A DNA stretch of 64,000 nt from a virus. Lineage: Duplodnaviria > Caudoviricetes. A program made the position numbers and the translations under genes. Each line of letters begins with the position of its first letter. Position 1 is the stretch's first letter. Below the pieces are notes generated by a model. It worked only from the letters and a program-made list of their open reading frames with translations. It was not told where the DNA came from and did no database searches. The stretch spans positions 17,432-81,431 of IMG/VR virus record IMGVR_UViG_3300032289_001255; one strand, written 5' to 3'. Below, piece by piece: positions 18,429 to 27,694 of this stretch.

Positions 18429-19411
18429 AATCTTTTTTTGAAATCTTCGTAAGTGTAAAAGTTTCCTGTGTTATTAAATAAACTATTTAAATTGTGTTGT
18501 GACATTTCTTTAAAAATCTTCCACCAATCTCCTTTTTCTTTTCCACAAAATCCTCTTGGATTATTTTCATTCGCAATATACATACGTTTATTTGGATGTC
18601 TTCTAACGTGTACCTTTAAAATATTTTTGAATATAATTTGTACGTATTTATCCCCTAGTATTTTTTGTGCCATCATTGATAAACTTTCATCATCATTATG
18701 AATAAAGCAAGGCGGTATATTAACACCACTTTTAATTAAATTACTACTCAATACCAAACAAGAACCATCTATTTTTGGATAATTTATCGTTTGTATATCA
18801 AGTTCTTTGATCTCTGAATTGATAATATTCATTTGATCTATGGTCATAAGTGACTTTGCTTGATTAATGTTATCAACGTCTTTGTCATCATATATATGAT
18901 TTATGAATTTAGGATGTACTGTTACGTCCCAACTACTATCCCACATTTTTCGATCCGCAAAACATGCTATAAATCTGTATATTCCTTGCGATCTTATAAC
19001 AGGAGTCAGAGTTTCCAATCCAATTATTGCTTCTTTTGGAAGCAAACTATCTGTTTCTCCCCATATTAAATAATCAGCTTTCTCACAATATTTTGTATTG
19101 AATTCTCTACGATAATTGGTCTGAGTATAGAATTCATTATCATTATCTATAATTTTGTAATGTAAGTTAGGCAATTCTTTTATTCTAACCAGTTCATTCT
19201 CAAATCTATCAACCAGATCATCTTTTGTCGTTTTAGATGTATCTATTTTTTCGAAAAACTGGGATGTATTGAACACAAAATCCAAATATACGTTTTCTTT
19301 GTTGTCAACCGTGGACAAAAGATTTAACAATCCACTAATATAATCACTGAACATTTCAATTTCATAAAACATCACGTGGATGCCAATTGCGTATTTATAA
19401 TTTATATTCAT
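18425..19411 (-). CDS. Putative GT-A glycosyltransferase
   Basis: YLIWGETDSLLP (ExD variant), HNDDES; operon context. Confidence 0.45.
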   Translation of the reverse strand: MNINYKYAIGIHVMFYEIEMFSDYISGLLNLLSTVDNKENVYLDFVFNTSQFFEKIDTSKTTKDDLVDRFENELVRIKELPNLHYKIIDNDNEFYTQTNYRREFNTKYCEKADYLIWGETDSLLPKEAIIGLETLTPVIRSQGIYRFIACFADRKMWDSSWDVTVHPKFINHIYDDKDVDNINQAKSLMTIDQMNIINSEIKELDIQTINYPKIDGSCLVLSSNLIKSGVNIPPCFIHNDDESLSMMAQKILGDKYVQIIFKNILKVHVRRHPNKRMYIANENNPRGFCGKEKGDWWKIFKEMSQHNLNSLFNNTGNFYTYEDFKKRL

Positions 19412-20070
19412 AAAAATGTAGAGGCAATTGACATCAAATCTGGATTTAATTCGAAATTAAAAATTTTGCCGAACTTTGAAAGATTGGAGTCAATTGGTAG
19501 CTCTTTTCTATTCATATCTATCATATTATATACATACGGTAATTTATTATATTCCCCATCGAAGAAAAAATTCTGTGGAATAAATTTAAGATCTAATTTG
19601 TTAATCAAGTTTTGATAGTTCTCTTCTAAGAAATTTAGAATCTGATCGAAGATTTGTTCATGTGATTTGTTAATAACAAATACGCTTAAATCAAAGAATC
19701 TCGAAAAGTCTACTTTTTTATTATTAAACACGTGTTCTTGATATAATTCTATATTGGTTAACAAGTAACTAAAATCAGAATCCCATTCTGCAAATGTGAG
19801 TTTATTGTCGCTTAAATCAAAAATATTCTCTGTATTCTTATTTACAAGCGTTGTGTCTCGTACTAAACAGATGTTGTCGAAACTCACATCACTATTTTTC
19901 AATAATTTGAATATATAGAAAATTTGATTTATTCTATCGAATGTTGGATTAACAATATCGGTTAAACAGATCAATTTTAAACTGTGTAATTCACAATACT
20001 TTTTCCAAGAGTCATATGACAACTGATTTAGTTGTTTTCCGGATTGATATAGAATAACGAAATTATTCAT
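19408..20070 (-). CDS. Degenerate GT8-like protein
   Basis: Same layout as its neighbours (SWKKYC..., LVRDTT in place of DxD, KLPYVYN). Confidence 0.45.
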   Translation of the reverse strand: MNNFVILYQSGKQLNQLSYDSWKKYCELHSLKLICLTDIVNPTFDRINQIFYIFKLLKNSDVSFDNICLVRDTTLVNKNTENIFDLSDNKLTFAEWDSDFSYLLTNIELYQEHVFNNKKVDFSRFFDLSVFVINKSHEQIFDQILNFLEENYQNLINKLDLKFIPQNFFFDGEYNKLPYVYNMIDMNRKELPIDSNLSKFGKIFNFELNPDLMSIASTFL

Positions 20071-20860
20071 AGTTTTGTTTTACTAAGTCCCATGTTTGTT
20101 TCATTAATTGGGTACGAGTGGCTCCTCTATCAGAGAATCCAGAAAATATCCAAACGTTTAAATATTTGATAAAGAATGGTGTTTTATCATTTGTATAAGA
20201 ATTGCCAGTTAATAAGTTACGTCTCCACAAGTGATTTACGCCGTGAGATATAGGAAACACTTTTGTATCTATTTTATTTATTTGTATAAAGTAGTTTAGG
20301 ACTGGTTGATCTCGACCACGTTTTACCAATTTGTCTTCGTGATTTAATATAGATTCGTGGTTATCAAAGTAGAACTTTTTCAAATCATCAAACATCGGTT
20401 TATGATTTTTATTAAATAAAACAAAGCCAGCTAGAAAATGTTTGGTGTAATCAAATTCGAATCCGTTAAAAAGATCTTTATATCCGTTTATACTTTCGTA
20501 TACCCACTTCATATTTTCGTTTCCCAATATTCCACATAACTTACTTTCGGATTCATTGAAGAAATTAGGAGCATCCCATTTTACCATGATAGATGCATCA
20601 ACTGCTAATATTTGATCAAAATCTCCTACTTTGTTTTTAACAAAATCGAAAATATCTAACCAACGTTGCCAATTGATTTTGTATTTGAGTTGGTCATCAT
20701 AGGTAGTAACATCATAGTGTACAAAAATAACATCGTTTTTCTTACACCAATATTGCCAAGATTTTTTGCTATATTCCATCCAAGAAAAATCGTCATAACG
20801 ATACTTTTCTTTTACGACATCACTACCTTTTACTCCACACCAAAACAATACGTTTTTCAT
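20063..20860 (-). CDS. GT8-like glycosyltransferase
   Basis: SWQYWCKKND, LAVDAS, RDQPVLNY; paralogous to 15883-16641; start at ATG 20860 by ATGA coupling. Confidence 0.7.
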   Translation of the reverse strand: MKNVLFWCGVKGSDVVKEKYRYDDFSWMEYSKKSWQYWCKKNDVIFVHYDVTTYDDQLKYKINWQRWLDIFDFVKNKVGDFDQILAVDASIMVKWDAPNFFNESESKLCGILGNENMKWVYESINGYKDLFNGFEFDYTKHFLAGFVLFNKNHKPMFDDLKKFYFDNHESILNHEDKLVKRGRDQPVLNYFIQINKIDTKVFPISHGVNHLWRRNLLTGNSYTNDKTPFFIKYLNVWIFSGFSDRGATRTQLMKQTWDLVKQNYE

Positions 20861-22419
20861 TTTATAAAATACTCTTTCCAATAGTTGTAGGTTTTATAAT
20901 CACTTGGGGTACCCCAACAAATATAATGTTCTACTTCAAATACTTTGACATTTAATCCGTGTTTGATATTTTGATTAATAACATCATCGACATAAAATTC
21001 ACCATTAGTTCTTATATTAGAATCATAGTTCTCTTTTAATCCGTCGATAAAATACTTGGCTTTTCTAAAAAACATTGTACCAATGATAGCATGGGTTTGT
21101 AAAGGATTATCGTAGATAAACTTTTTACACGAAACGTGATTGATGTTATTGTTTTCATCGACATCCAACCAAGAATACATATTAGGATTAACTTTACTCG
21201 TTTGATTGTTTCTAAATGACCACACAATTACATCAACTGTTGGATCATCGATTAATCGCTGATATTCGTTTGAATCGTAATATACACCATTGTCACACGC
21301 TGAAATTAAAATTGGGTTTTCTAATTCAATATTGAAGTGATTAATAGCTAATTCACATGTGCATGCTTGTCCTTCGGTAGTTTTATCTATTGATAAAACA
21401 GATGTGTTTTTATAATGTTGTTTAAGTGTAGTGTCTAATTTAAACTCATCCACGTGTTCTTTTAAACACACAAACGTATTATTGTCACAACTTGGTAGGC
21501 AATCAACTGCTTGCACAACCATTGGTAACCCATCTACGTCTATAAGAGGCTTTGGTAATTTAAAACCTTCCATTGAAAACCTACTTCCTCTACCAGCCAT
21601 CGGAAGTACTAGGGTAGTATTTGGTTGGTTAATAATTTCTAATTTATTGGTTTTAAGTTTTTTAAAATAAGATGACCATGATTTATATATCTCCAAATCG
21701 TATGGAGTTCCCCATTGCAACATTTTATCGATTTCAAATATATTTGTACGCAATCCATCTTTAACCAGTAGATTATATACTAAACTTATATAAAACTCAC
21801 CTTTTAGATCATTTCCAGATTCCAACAATTGTTTAAAGTATTTTTTTACCAAGTTACCACTTTTAAAGTAATATGTTCCATTTGAAGCATATTCATTCAT
21901 TTTATTGTTGGTAAACGGCTCTTTTTCTTTAATTTGAATCAATACTTTATTCTCTTCTTTACAGAAAGCATAGTTATCGATTCCTAACATATGTGGATGG
22001 AATCCTGTGTAACACGGAATTGAACCGTCAAAATTGCCGATGTGAATTTCTTCTAAGAATTTATCAAAATTCCATACTGTACCATAATCACAATAGGTTA
22101 TTATTGTTTCTTTGGAGTCGTCGATATGATCAAAGATCTGTGATACTGTGTAAACAGGACCTTTTTTGTGATTAGGAATAGAGTAGATTTTACAATTTGG
22201 CACAATTGATTCTAATACGGATCTCATATTAGTTTCTCTTAGATGTGGTTCATTGCAAATGAATGTTATATCAGTAACTCCTGGGAATAGATCAACTACG
22301 TGTTTAATAATAGGATGTCCATCTACTTCAATTAGTGGTTTTGGGTCTTTGTATCCAGCCTCAATGAATCGTTTGCCAATTCCTGACATTGGGATGATAA
22401 GTTGAATATTGTCTTTCAT
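20857..22419 (-). CDS. Tandem (two-domain) sugar-phosphate nucleotidyltransferase
   Basis: Two NTP-transferase domains: IIPMSGIGKRF..PKPLI..WGTPYDL and VLPMAGRGSRF..PKPLI..WGTPSDY. Confidence 0.85.
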   Translation of the reverse strand: MKDNIQLIIPMSGIGKRFIEAGYKDPKPLIEVDGHPIIKHVVDLFPGVTDITFICNEPHLRETNMRSVLESIVPNCKIYSIPNHKKGPVYTVSQIFDHIDDSKETIITYCDYGTVWNFDKFLEEIHIGNFDGSIPCYTGFHPHMLGIDNYAFCKEENKVLIQIKEKEPFTNNKMNEYASNGTYYFKSGNLVKKYFKQLLESGNDLKGEFYISLVYNLLVKDGLRTNIFEIDKMLQWGTPYDLEIYKSWSSYFKKLKTNKLEIINQPNTTLVLPMAGRGSRFSMEGFKLPKPLIDVDGLPMVVQAVDCLPSCDNNTFVCLKEHVDEFKLDTTLKQHYKNTSVLSIDKTTEGQACTCELAINHFNIELENPILISACDNGVYYDSNEYQRLIDDPTVDVIVWSFRNNQTSKVNPNMYSWLDVDENNNINHVSCKKFIYDNPLQTHAIIGTMFFRKAKYFIDGLKENYDSNIRTNGEFYVDDVINQNIKHGLNVKVFEVEHYICWGTPSDYKTYNYWKEYFIK

Positions 22420-22420
22420 T

Positions 22421-22897
22421 TTAATATAAACCTTTATTCTTAAGAGAAAATTTACACAAATCTACATAATCGGTACATACAGCGTAGACAATCTTATCAT
22501 TAAACTTTAATACTGATTCCTCGTCTAAAAGAGGAATGATACAGTTTTCATCTAATTTAAGACTCAAATCGTGTACCCAAAAATGATTTGTGCTTGTTAT
22601 AATATATGAGTCCTGCGAATGACAAAAATACTTTATATCACGATTTAATTTTTTTAATTCAATAGCTGCGTCTAAGTTTTTACAATGATACCAAATATCG
22701 TTTATTCTATTTATAATCCACATTTTATCAATTTTATAATCGGGAGTATCATGTCCGAGCCAAAACTCTCCGTTTATATATCGTATATCTACTTCAACTT
22801 CATATCCACTTCCTATAGCTGAATCAATATAAGATGGCCTATTTTCTTTATTTGGTACAATTCCTTTTAAATTTCCACGGTGTGATATAATTTTCAT
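22421..22897 (-). CDS. GDPD/PLC-like phosphodiesterase-fold protein
   Basis: KIISHRGNL, ENRPSYI, EVEVDIR, WLGHD, WYHCKN, AVCTDY. Confidence 0.65.
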   Translation of the reverse strand: MKIISHRGNLKGIVPNKENRPSYIDSAIGSGYEVEVDIRYINGEFWLGHDTPDYKIDKMWIINRINDIWYHCKNLDAAIELKKLNRDIKYFCHSQDSYIITSTNHFWVHDLSLKLDENCIIPLLDEESVLKFNDKIVYAVCTDYVDLCKFSLKNKGLY

Positions 22898-23190
22898 AAC
22901 TTTTCAATTGGTATTGTTTTATCATCTATGAATAAATCATAATACGGTTTATCAACTCGTAACTCATTATATTTTGCTCCCCACGAATCTAATTGATGTT
23001 TGGTCAAAACATACCAATTTATTTGTTTTCGACTTCCTCTCGCTGTCCAGTACACAATAGTATTGCCTTCTTCATATAACTTGTTTATTTTTTCTATGTT
23101 TTCTTTTATTGGAGTAGAATTTGCATAATTTCTATCTTCAGAAGTAGTACAAATTGTTTCGTCGATATCAACGTAAATTATTTTCCCCAT
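22894..23190 (-). CDS. HAD-superfamily phosphatase (capsule-biosynthesis phosphatase type)
   Basis: IYVDIDETI, VYWTARG, KPYYDLFIDDK. Confidence 0.85.
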   Translation of the reverse strand: MGKIIYVDIDETICTTSEDRNYANSTPIKENIEKINKLYEEGNTIVYWTARGSRKQINWYVLTKHQLDSWGAKYNELRVDKPYYDLFIDDKTIPIEKL

Positions 23191-23193
23191 AAA

Positions 23194-24747
23194 TTATTTT
23201 TTCTTGTAAATTCTATTCTTGTGAATTAAAATATCTAAATCTGTATTATTTAATACATGAAATGCATCTTTTAATGTAGTTAATATAGGCAATCCTTTTA
23301 TATTAAAAGATGTATTTAATAAAACCGGTATTAATGATTGATTTGACATTTCGGTCAAGATGTCATAGAAAAAGCAGTCATTTGAAACTGTTTGTAATCT
23401 GGATGTGTTGTCGGCATGTGTTATTGATGGTAGTTTTGTTCTCCATGTTTCTTTTACTTTTGGTGCAAATGACATATACTTGCAGTCAGGTGCATTTTCA
23501 AAAAATACATCTTTATCTTCGATTTTACAGACAGGAGCAAATGGTCTAAACCATTCTCTGAACTTCACTTTGCTATTTAAAATATCTTTCATTTCTGGAA
23601 ATGCCGGATAACAAATTATACTACGATTGCCTAATGCACGTGGTCCTGCTTCGGAATAGCCGTCTATAATCGCGATTATTTTTCCGTCTTTTAAATATGT
23701 AATTAATTTTTTAAGATCCAACTCTTCCGATGGGTTATCATAATTTTGAATCTCGTTTTCATCCAAAATTTCAAATCCACTGAAACAAATCTCTTCTTTA
23801 GTTACCGCATTTTTGTGTTCGTTAGTAAACATGCCAAATGATAAGCCACAGTCGTTTGGATTAGGTGGTACGTATAATTCTAAGTTTTTTGTTTTTAAAT
23901 ATTCATATAGTCTTTGATTAAATAATACATTTAACGCACATCCACCTGTCATTACAACGTTAAGATTGTACTTTTCTACGTTAACTTTAACTAAATCAAA
24001 AAGAATTTCTTCGAAAACGTACTGTGATGTTTTTGCAATATCCCACGCTACTTGTCCTTTTAAAGATTTCGGCTGAACACTTAGTGAAGATAATAAATAG
24101 TCTTTATTACTAGTAGAATAAAATTCTCTGAAGATTTTTACCCAATCGGATCTAACATTTCCGTATGCTGTCAATCCCATCAATTTACCTGCTGCACCCA
24201 GATCACCGACAATTTCTGATAATGGTATCGCCGTAAAATTATATGGATTTGCAACGTCTATGTTCGGTCTACTGATATGTTTTATCTCATTTTCCTTGTA
24301 CAGATAAACATTTGTAGTAGAAACACTCCCATTGTCTCTGCCACCACCATCTACTGAAAAAATTAAACACTCTTTAAATCCAGAAAGATGAAATGCGCCG
24401 TAAGCATGAGAAATATGATGATTACAATATTTTAGGTCGGCATTTGGAAAATATTTTTTAAATAAAACTAAGTCTTCATTCGCGAACATATCGTGATGTA
24501 ACACCAATTTAATATCTTCACAATATAAATTTTTTTTGATGTGATTTAAAAAATCTTCTCTATTTTTATCTTTTGTTCCGAGTGAGGATCTGTGATTTTC
24601 TAAACTTTTTGAAAACATCGCATATCTCTTTTTCACGAATCTTTCGTATTCATATATTCTTAACTTTTTATTTTTATCGATAAATGTACATGAACAGTCA
24701 TGAGATCCATTTATTGCTATAGTTTCTTCTGGGAGTATATTATTCAT
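23194..24747 (-). CDS. O-carbamoyltransferase (NodU/CmcH/NovN family)
   Basis: GSHD, ERFVKKR, HHISHA, SVDGGG, GKLMGLTAYG, GGCALN, EAGPRALGNRSI, REWFRPFAP, LLNTSFN. Confidence 0.93.
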   Translation of the reverse strand: MNNILPEETIAINGSHDCSCTFIDKNKKLRIYEYERFVKKRYAMFSKSLENHRSSLGTKDKNREDFLNHIKKNLYCEDIKLVLHHDMFANEDLVLFKKYFPNADLKYCNHHISHAYGAFHLSGFKECLIFSVDGGGRDNGSVSTTNVYLYKENEIKHISRPNIDVANPYNFTAIPLSEIVGDLGAAGKLMGLTAYGNVRSDWVKIFREFYSTSNKDYLLSSLSVQPKSLKGQVAWDIAKTSQYVFEEILFDLVKVNVEKYNLNVVMTGGCALNVLFNQRLYEYLKTKNLELYVPPNPNDCGLSFGMFTNEHKNAVTKEEICFSGFEILDENEIQNYDNPSEELDLKKLITYLKDGKIIAIIDGYSEAGPRALGNRSIICYPAFPEMKDILNSKVKFREWFRPFAPVCKIEDKDVFFENAPDCKYMSFAPKVKETWRTKLPSITHADNTSRLQTVSNDCFFYDILTEMSNQSLIPVLLNTSFNIKGLPILTTLKDAFHVLNNTDLDILIHKNRIYKKK

Positions 24748-24751
24748 AAAT

Positions 24752-25429
24752 TTATTTTATAACATTCTGTCTGTAAATTTCATTAGTGTCTTTTTTTATC
24801 TGTACCACTTTGTCTTCAGAAATAAACGTACATTGTCCAAGAGACTTGGACCCAATAAATATTTCAGCGGACTTTTCACATATTTCAGTAGCAATTAAAC
24901 ATTCTTTACTTGAAGATGCAGCGCAGATTATACCATGATTTACCAATAAGATCAACTTTGGTAAATATCCATTGTCTTCTATAAATTTGTCAACGAATAC
25001 TTCTACATTTTTACATAATTCTTCGCCGGGATGTGCATAGGGAACTATACAGGATTTTTCTCCGTTAAAAACAACTTGATCCGGAAAAACTCGTTTATTT
25101 GCAAATTCCTCTATTAAAATTTGATTACTACATAGTATTTTAAGTGTATTTGTTGGGTGTGTATGTGCTACGAAATTAACTCTTGATTTTTGTAAGAGAA
25201 ATGAATGAAATCCAGTTTCTATGCTTGGTTTTTTGTTAAAGTTGTTTAACTGTTTTCCATTAAAATCACATTTAACTAAATCATCATACGATAAATGTTT
25301 TAATGTGGTACCACTTGCCTTTATTACAAATCCGTCTTCAAGTTTTTCAGAAACATTTCCCTCTGCACCAACAACATAATTCTTAAGACACGTTCCGAGT
25401 ATTAATAAATCATTATTTGAATTTTGCAT
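24752..25429 (-). CDS. Class II aldolase/adducin-family protein
   Basis: GAEGNVS, IKASG, KPSIETGFH, VAHTHP, LVNHGI (Zn ligands). Confidence 0.88.
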   Translation of the reverse strand: MQNSNNDLLILGTCLKNYVVGAEGNVSEKLEDGFVIKASGTTLKHLSYDDLVKCDFNGKQLNNFNKKPSIETGFHSFLLQKSRVNFVAHTHPTNTLKILCSNQILIEEFANKRVFPDQVVFNGEKSCIVPYAHPGEELCKNVEVFVDKFIEDNGYLPKLILLVNHGIICAASSSKECLIATEICEKSAEIFIGSKSLGQCTFISEDKVVQIKKDTNEIYRQNVIK

Positions 25430-25450
25430 AACAAGTTTAAATTATTTTAA

Positions 25451-26236
25451 TTAGACAACAATAGTCCAATTGTCTAATGACATGGGTTCTAATTTCAACT
25501 CATGTTTGTAATAAGTATCTTTGAGCAAACCACCCCATCTTTCTTTTCGTACAAACGGGTAAATATATATTTTTATATTTTTAAATATTCCATATCGTGC
25601 GTCTAATATATAACAAAACGATGCCCATACAGAATCTACAAAATGCATCTCTTTGGCATGTTCTAAAATTTTTATCATATTAAACATATCCAAAGCTTTT
25701 CCGTTTAAGTCTATATACTTTGTAGATTCATGTTTTTCAAAATTTATAGCTGAATCTCCTAAGTGGTTATCATGGTATAATACATAATCGGATCCGTGTT
25801 CCGCAATAAACTTTTCGTAAAATATATTCTCATTAATAACATCACGTTCAATATTGAAAAAGTTAATTTTATTAATATAATCTATACCATAACAAATATA
25901 ATATTTTTTATTAAAATGAATGGCTGACGACGAAGACATAAATGCGTTTTTATATTGGTCGTTTCTATTTGCGTCCAACTTACCATGCAATAAATAATCG
26001 TAAATGTCTGGGTCAAATTTATTGTAAAAATCTTTTGACACTTTAGTTGTCGCCAGAGGATCGTAAATTTTAGTTATATTGTTTTTATTCTTTAAATAAA
26101 ATTCAAAAATTGGTTTTGCTTCGGGTCTTAGTATTACTGTTATATTATCATATTTTGACAAATAATAATCAATCATGGATAAGTGATTTACTAAATCCGT
26201 CCACGATTGATAAAAAAATAAAAGACCTTGTTTCAT
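25451..26236 (-). CDS. Hypothetical protein, possible glycosyltransferase
   Basis: AKEMHFVDSVW tail and N-terminal YQSWTD (HxGxGD-like); operon context. Confidence 0.4.
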   Translation of the reverse strand: MKQGLLFFYQSWTDLVNHLSMIDYYLSKYDNITVILRPEAKPIFEFYLKNKNNITKIYDPLATTKVSKDFYNKFDPDIYDYLLHGKLDANRNDQYKNAFMSSSSAIHFNKKYYICYGIDYINKINFFNIERDVINENIFYEKFIAEHGSDYVLYHDNHLGDSAINFEKHESTKYIDLNGKALDMFNMIKILEHAKEMHFVDSVWASFCYILDARYGIFKNIKIYIYPFVRKERWGGLLKDTYYKHELKLEPMSLDNWTIVV

Positions 26237-26248
26237 TGAAAATACATA

Positions 26249-27016
26249 TCACCCAACTACGCCGTCATAAAACTTTTTATTTGTATTATTTAAAGTCAAT
26301 GACTCTATTATTTTATTATATTCCGGTATGAGTTTTGAATCCAATCCATTATTTGACCTGGGTAATAGTTTTCCTTTGTGAGTGATGTGAATAAATTGAA
26401 AAAAAGACAAACAACTAAACCATCCACATTTTATAGGATTATCAGAGTAAAGTTTGTAAATTTTATATTTAAGACAGTGTTTCATCACAGATTCATTTTC
26501 AATCGTTCTATATGTCTCATTTTTAAAAATCTCCATTGTTTCTAATAATACATTCAATTTCCAGATAGAAGGGTTTACATTGTATATGTAATTGTTTATA
26601 TTTCTCTGCGCTCTTAATTCAACCTTTAAATCATTAAATTTAATTGATAATCTGTCTTTATTATATAGATCCCAGTTATGTCTACATTGTAAGTCTATTC
26701 TATCAATTGAATGTTCAGTCATATAATTTTTTATATGACTGATATATGAATCGTCTTTTTTAACAACTATATCAATGTCATGAATAAAAAGAATATATTC
26801 GTTTTTTAAACATTTTAATGATAGAACTCTGCTCGCATAAGGCAACGAATCGTCATAAAAAATAACTTGGCTATATTTACAATATAAATGATCTAAATTT
26901 TTGTCAGATTTGTTTATCAGTAAAATTTTATCCGTGTACTCTAACGCTTGTGTCTGGACAGAAAGTATATCTAAATAATCTGTGTGTGAATAAACCACAT
27001 ATGTTAACTCGTTCAT
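26249..27016 (-). CDS. Putative GT-A glycosyltransferase
   Basis: YILFIHDIDI (DxD), YNVNPSIW. Confidence 0.5.
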   Translation of the reverse strand: MNELTYVVYSHTDYLDILSVQTQALEYTDKILLINKSDKNLDHLYCKYSQVIFYDDSLPYASRVLSLKCLKNEYILFIHDIDIVVKKDDSYISHIKNYMTEHSIDRIDLQCRHNWDLYNKDRLSIKFNDLKVELRAQRNINNYIYNVNPSIWKLNVLLETMEIFKNETYRTIENESVMKHCLKYKIYKLYSDNPIKCGWFSCLSFFQFIHITHKGKLLPRSNNGLDSKLIPEYNKIIESLTLNNTNKKFYDGVVG

Positions 27017-27060
27017 ATTTAAAAATCTTTTTGTAGTATTGTTTTTTACACATACATACG

Positions 27061-27693
27061 TTAGTGATTTATATATTTGAAAATTGAAATAATATAAAAT
27101 GATGGATCTAGAATCATTTTATTTACCAATTCAAATTTTATATTATATTTTTCTTGTATATCACGATGTGCTTTACTTTGTCCATTTTCATATTCATTTT
27201 TGTTATTCATCAAAAATGAACCCCAGTCGTCATATATTATGATCGATCCATTACACAATAAATTGTTTTTTAAAACAAATTCCCAAACCTCTAATGTGGA
27301 TGTGTATATATCACAGTCCATATGTAAAATTCCTATTTTTTTATTATCGAATTTTGTTACTAAAGAATCAGTCAGTGTCTCAGAAAACCATCCATCGATG
27401 ATATGTGCGTCCTTTTTGTTAAGAAGTTCAGGATTAATATTTCCATTACATGAAAATTTTCCAGTCTTCCAAGGTGAATGTAAATCATTTTTTTCGACAG
27501 GCAACCCAACGAATGAATCAAAACCAAAAAAATTTCTATCAAGATTGTAGTTTTTATACAAATTATAAAACTCTAGAAAAGATTCCCCTTTATGTACGCC
27601 GAATTCTAAAAATAATTTATCTCGTAAAAAGTCTGAGTTTTTGGATACTAGTTCGTTTCTCAGTGACGTTTTGATTCTATTGTAAACATTCAT
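27061..27693 (-). CDS. TylF/MycF/NovP-family O-methyltransferase
   Basis: LEFGVHKG, GFDSFVGLP, GWFSETL, LHMDCDIYTST, IIYDDW. Confidence 0.85.
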   Translation of the reverse strand: MNVYNRIKTSLRNELVSKNSDFLRDKLFLEFGVHKGESFLEFYNLYKNYNLDRNFFGFDSFVGLPVEKNDLHSPWKTGKFSCNGNINPELLNKKDAHIIDGWFSETLTDSLVTKFDNKKIGILHMDCDIYTSTLEVWEFVLKNNLLCNGSIIIYDDWGSFLMNNKNEYENGQSKAHRDIQEKYNIKFELVNKMILDPSFYIISIFKYINH

Positions 27694-27694
27694 A

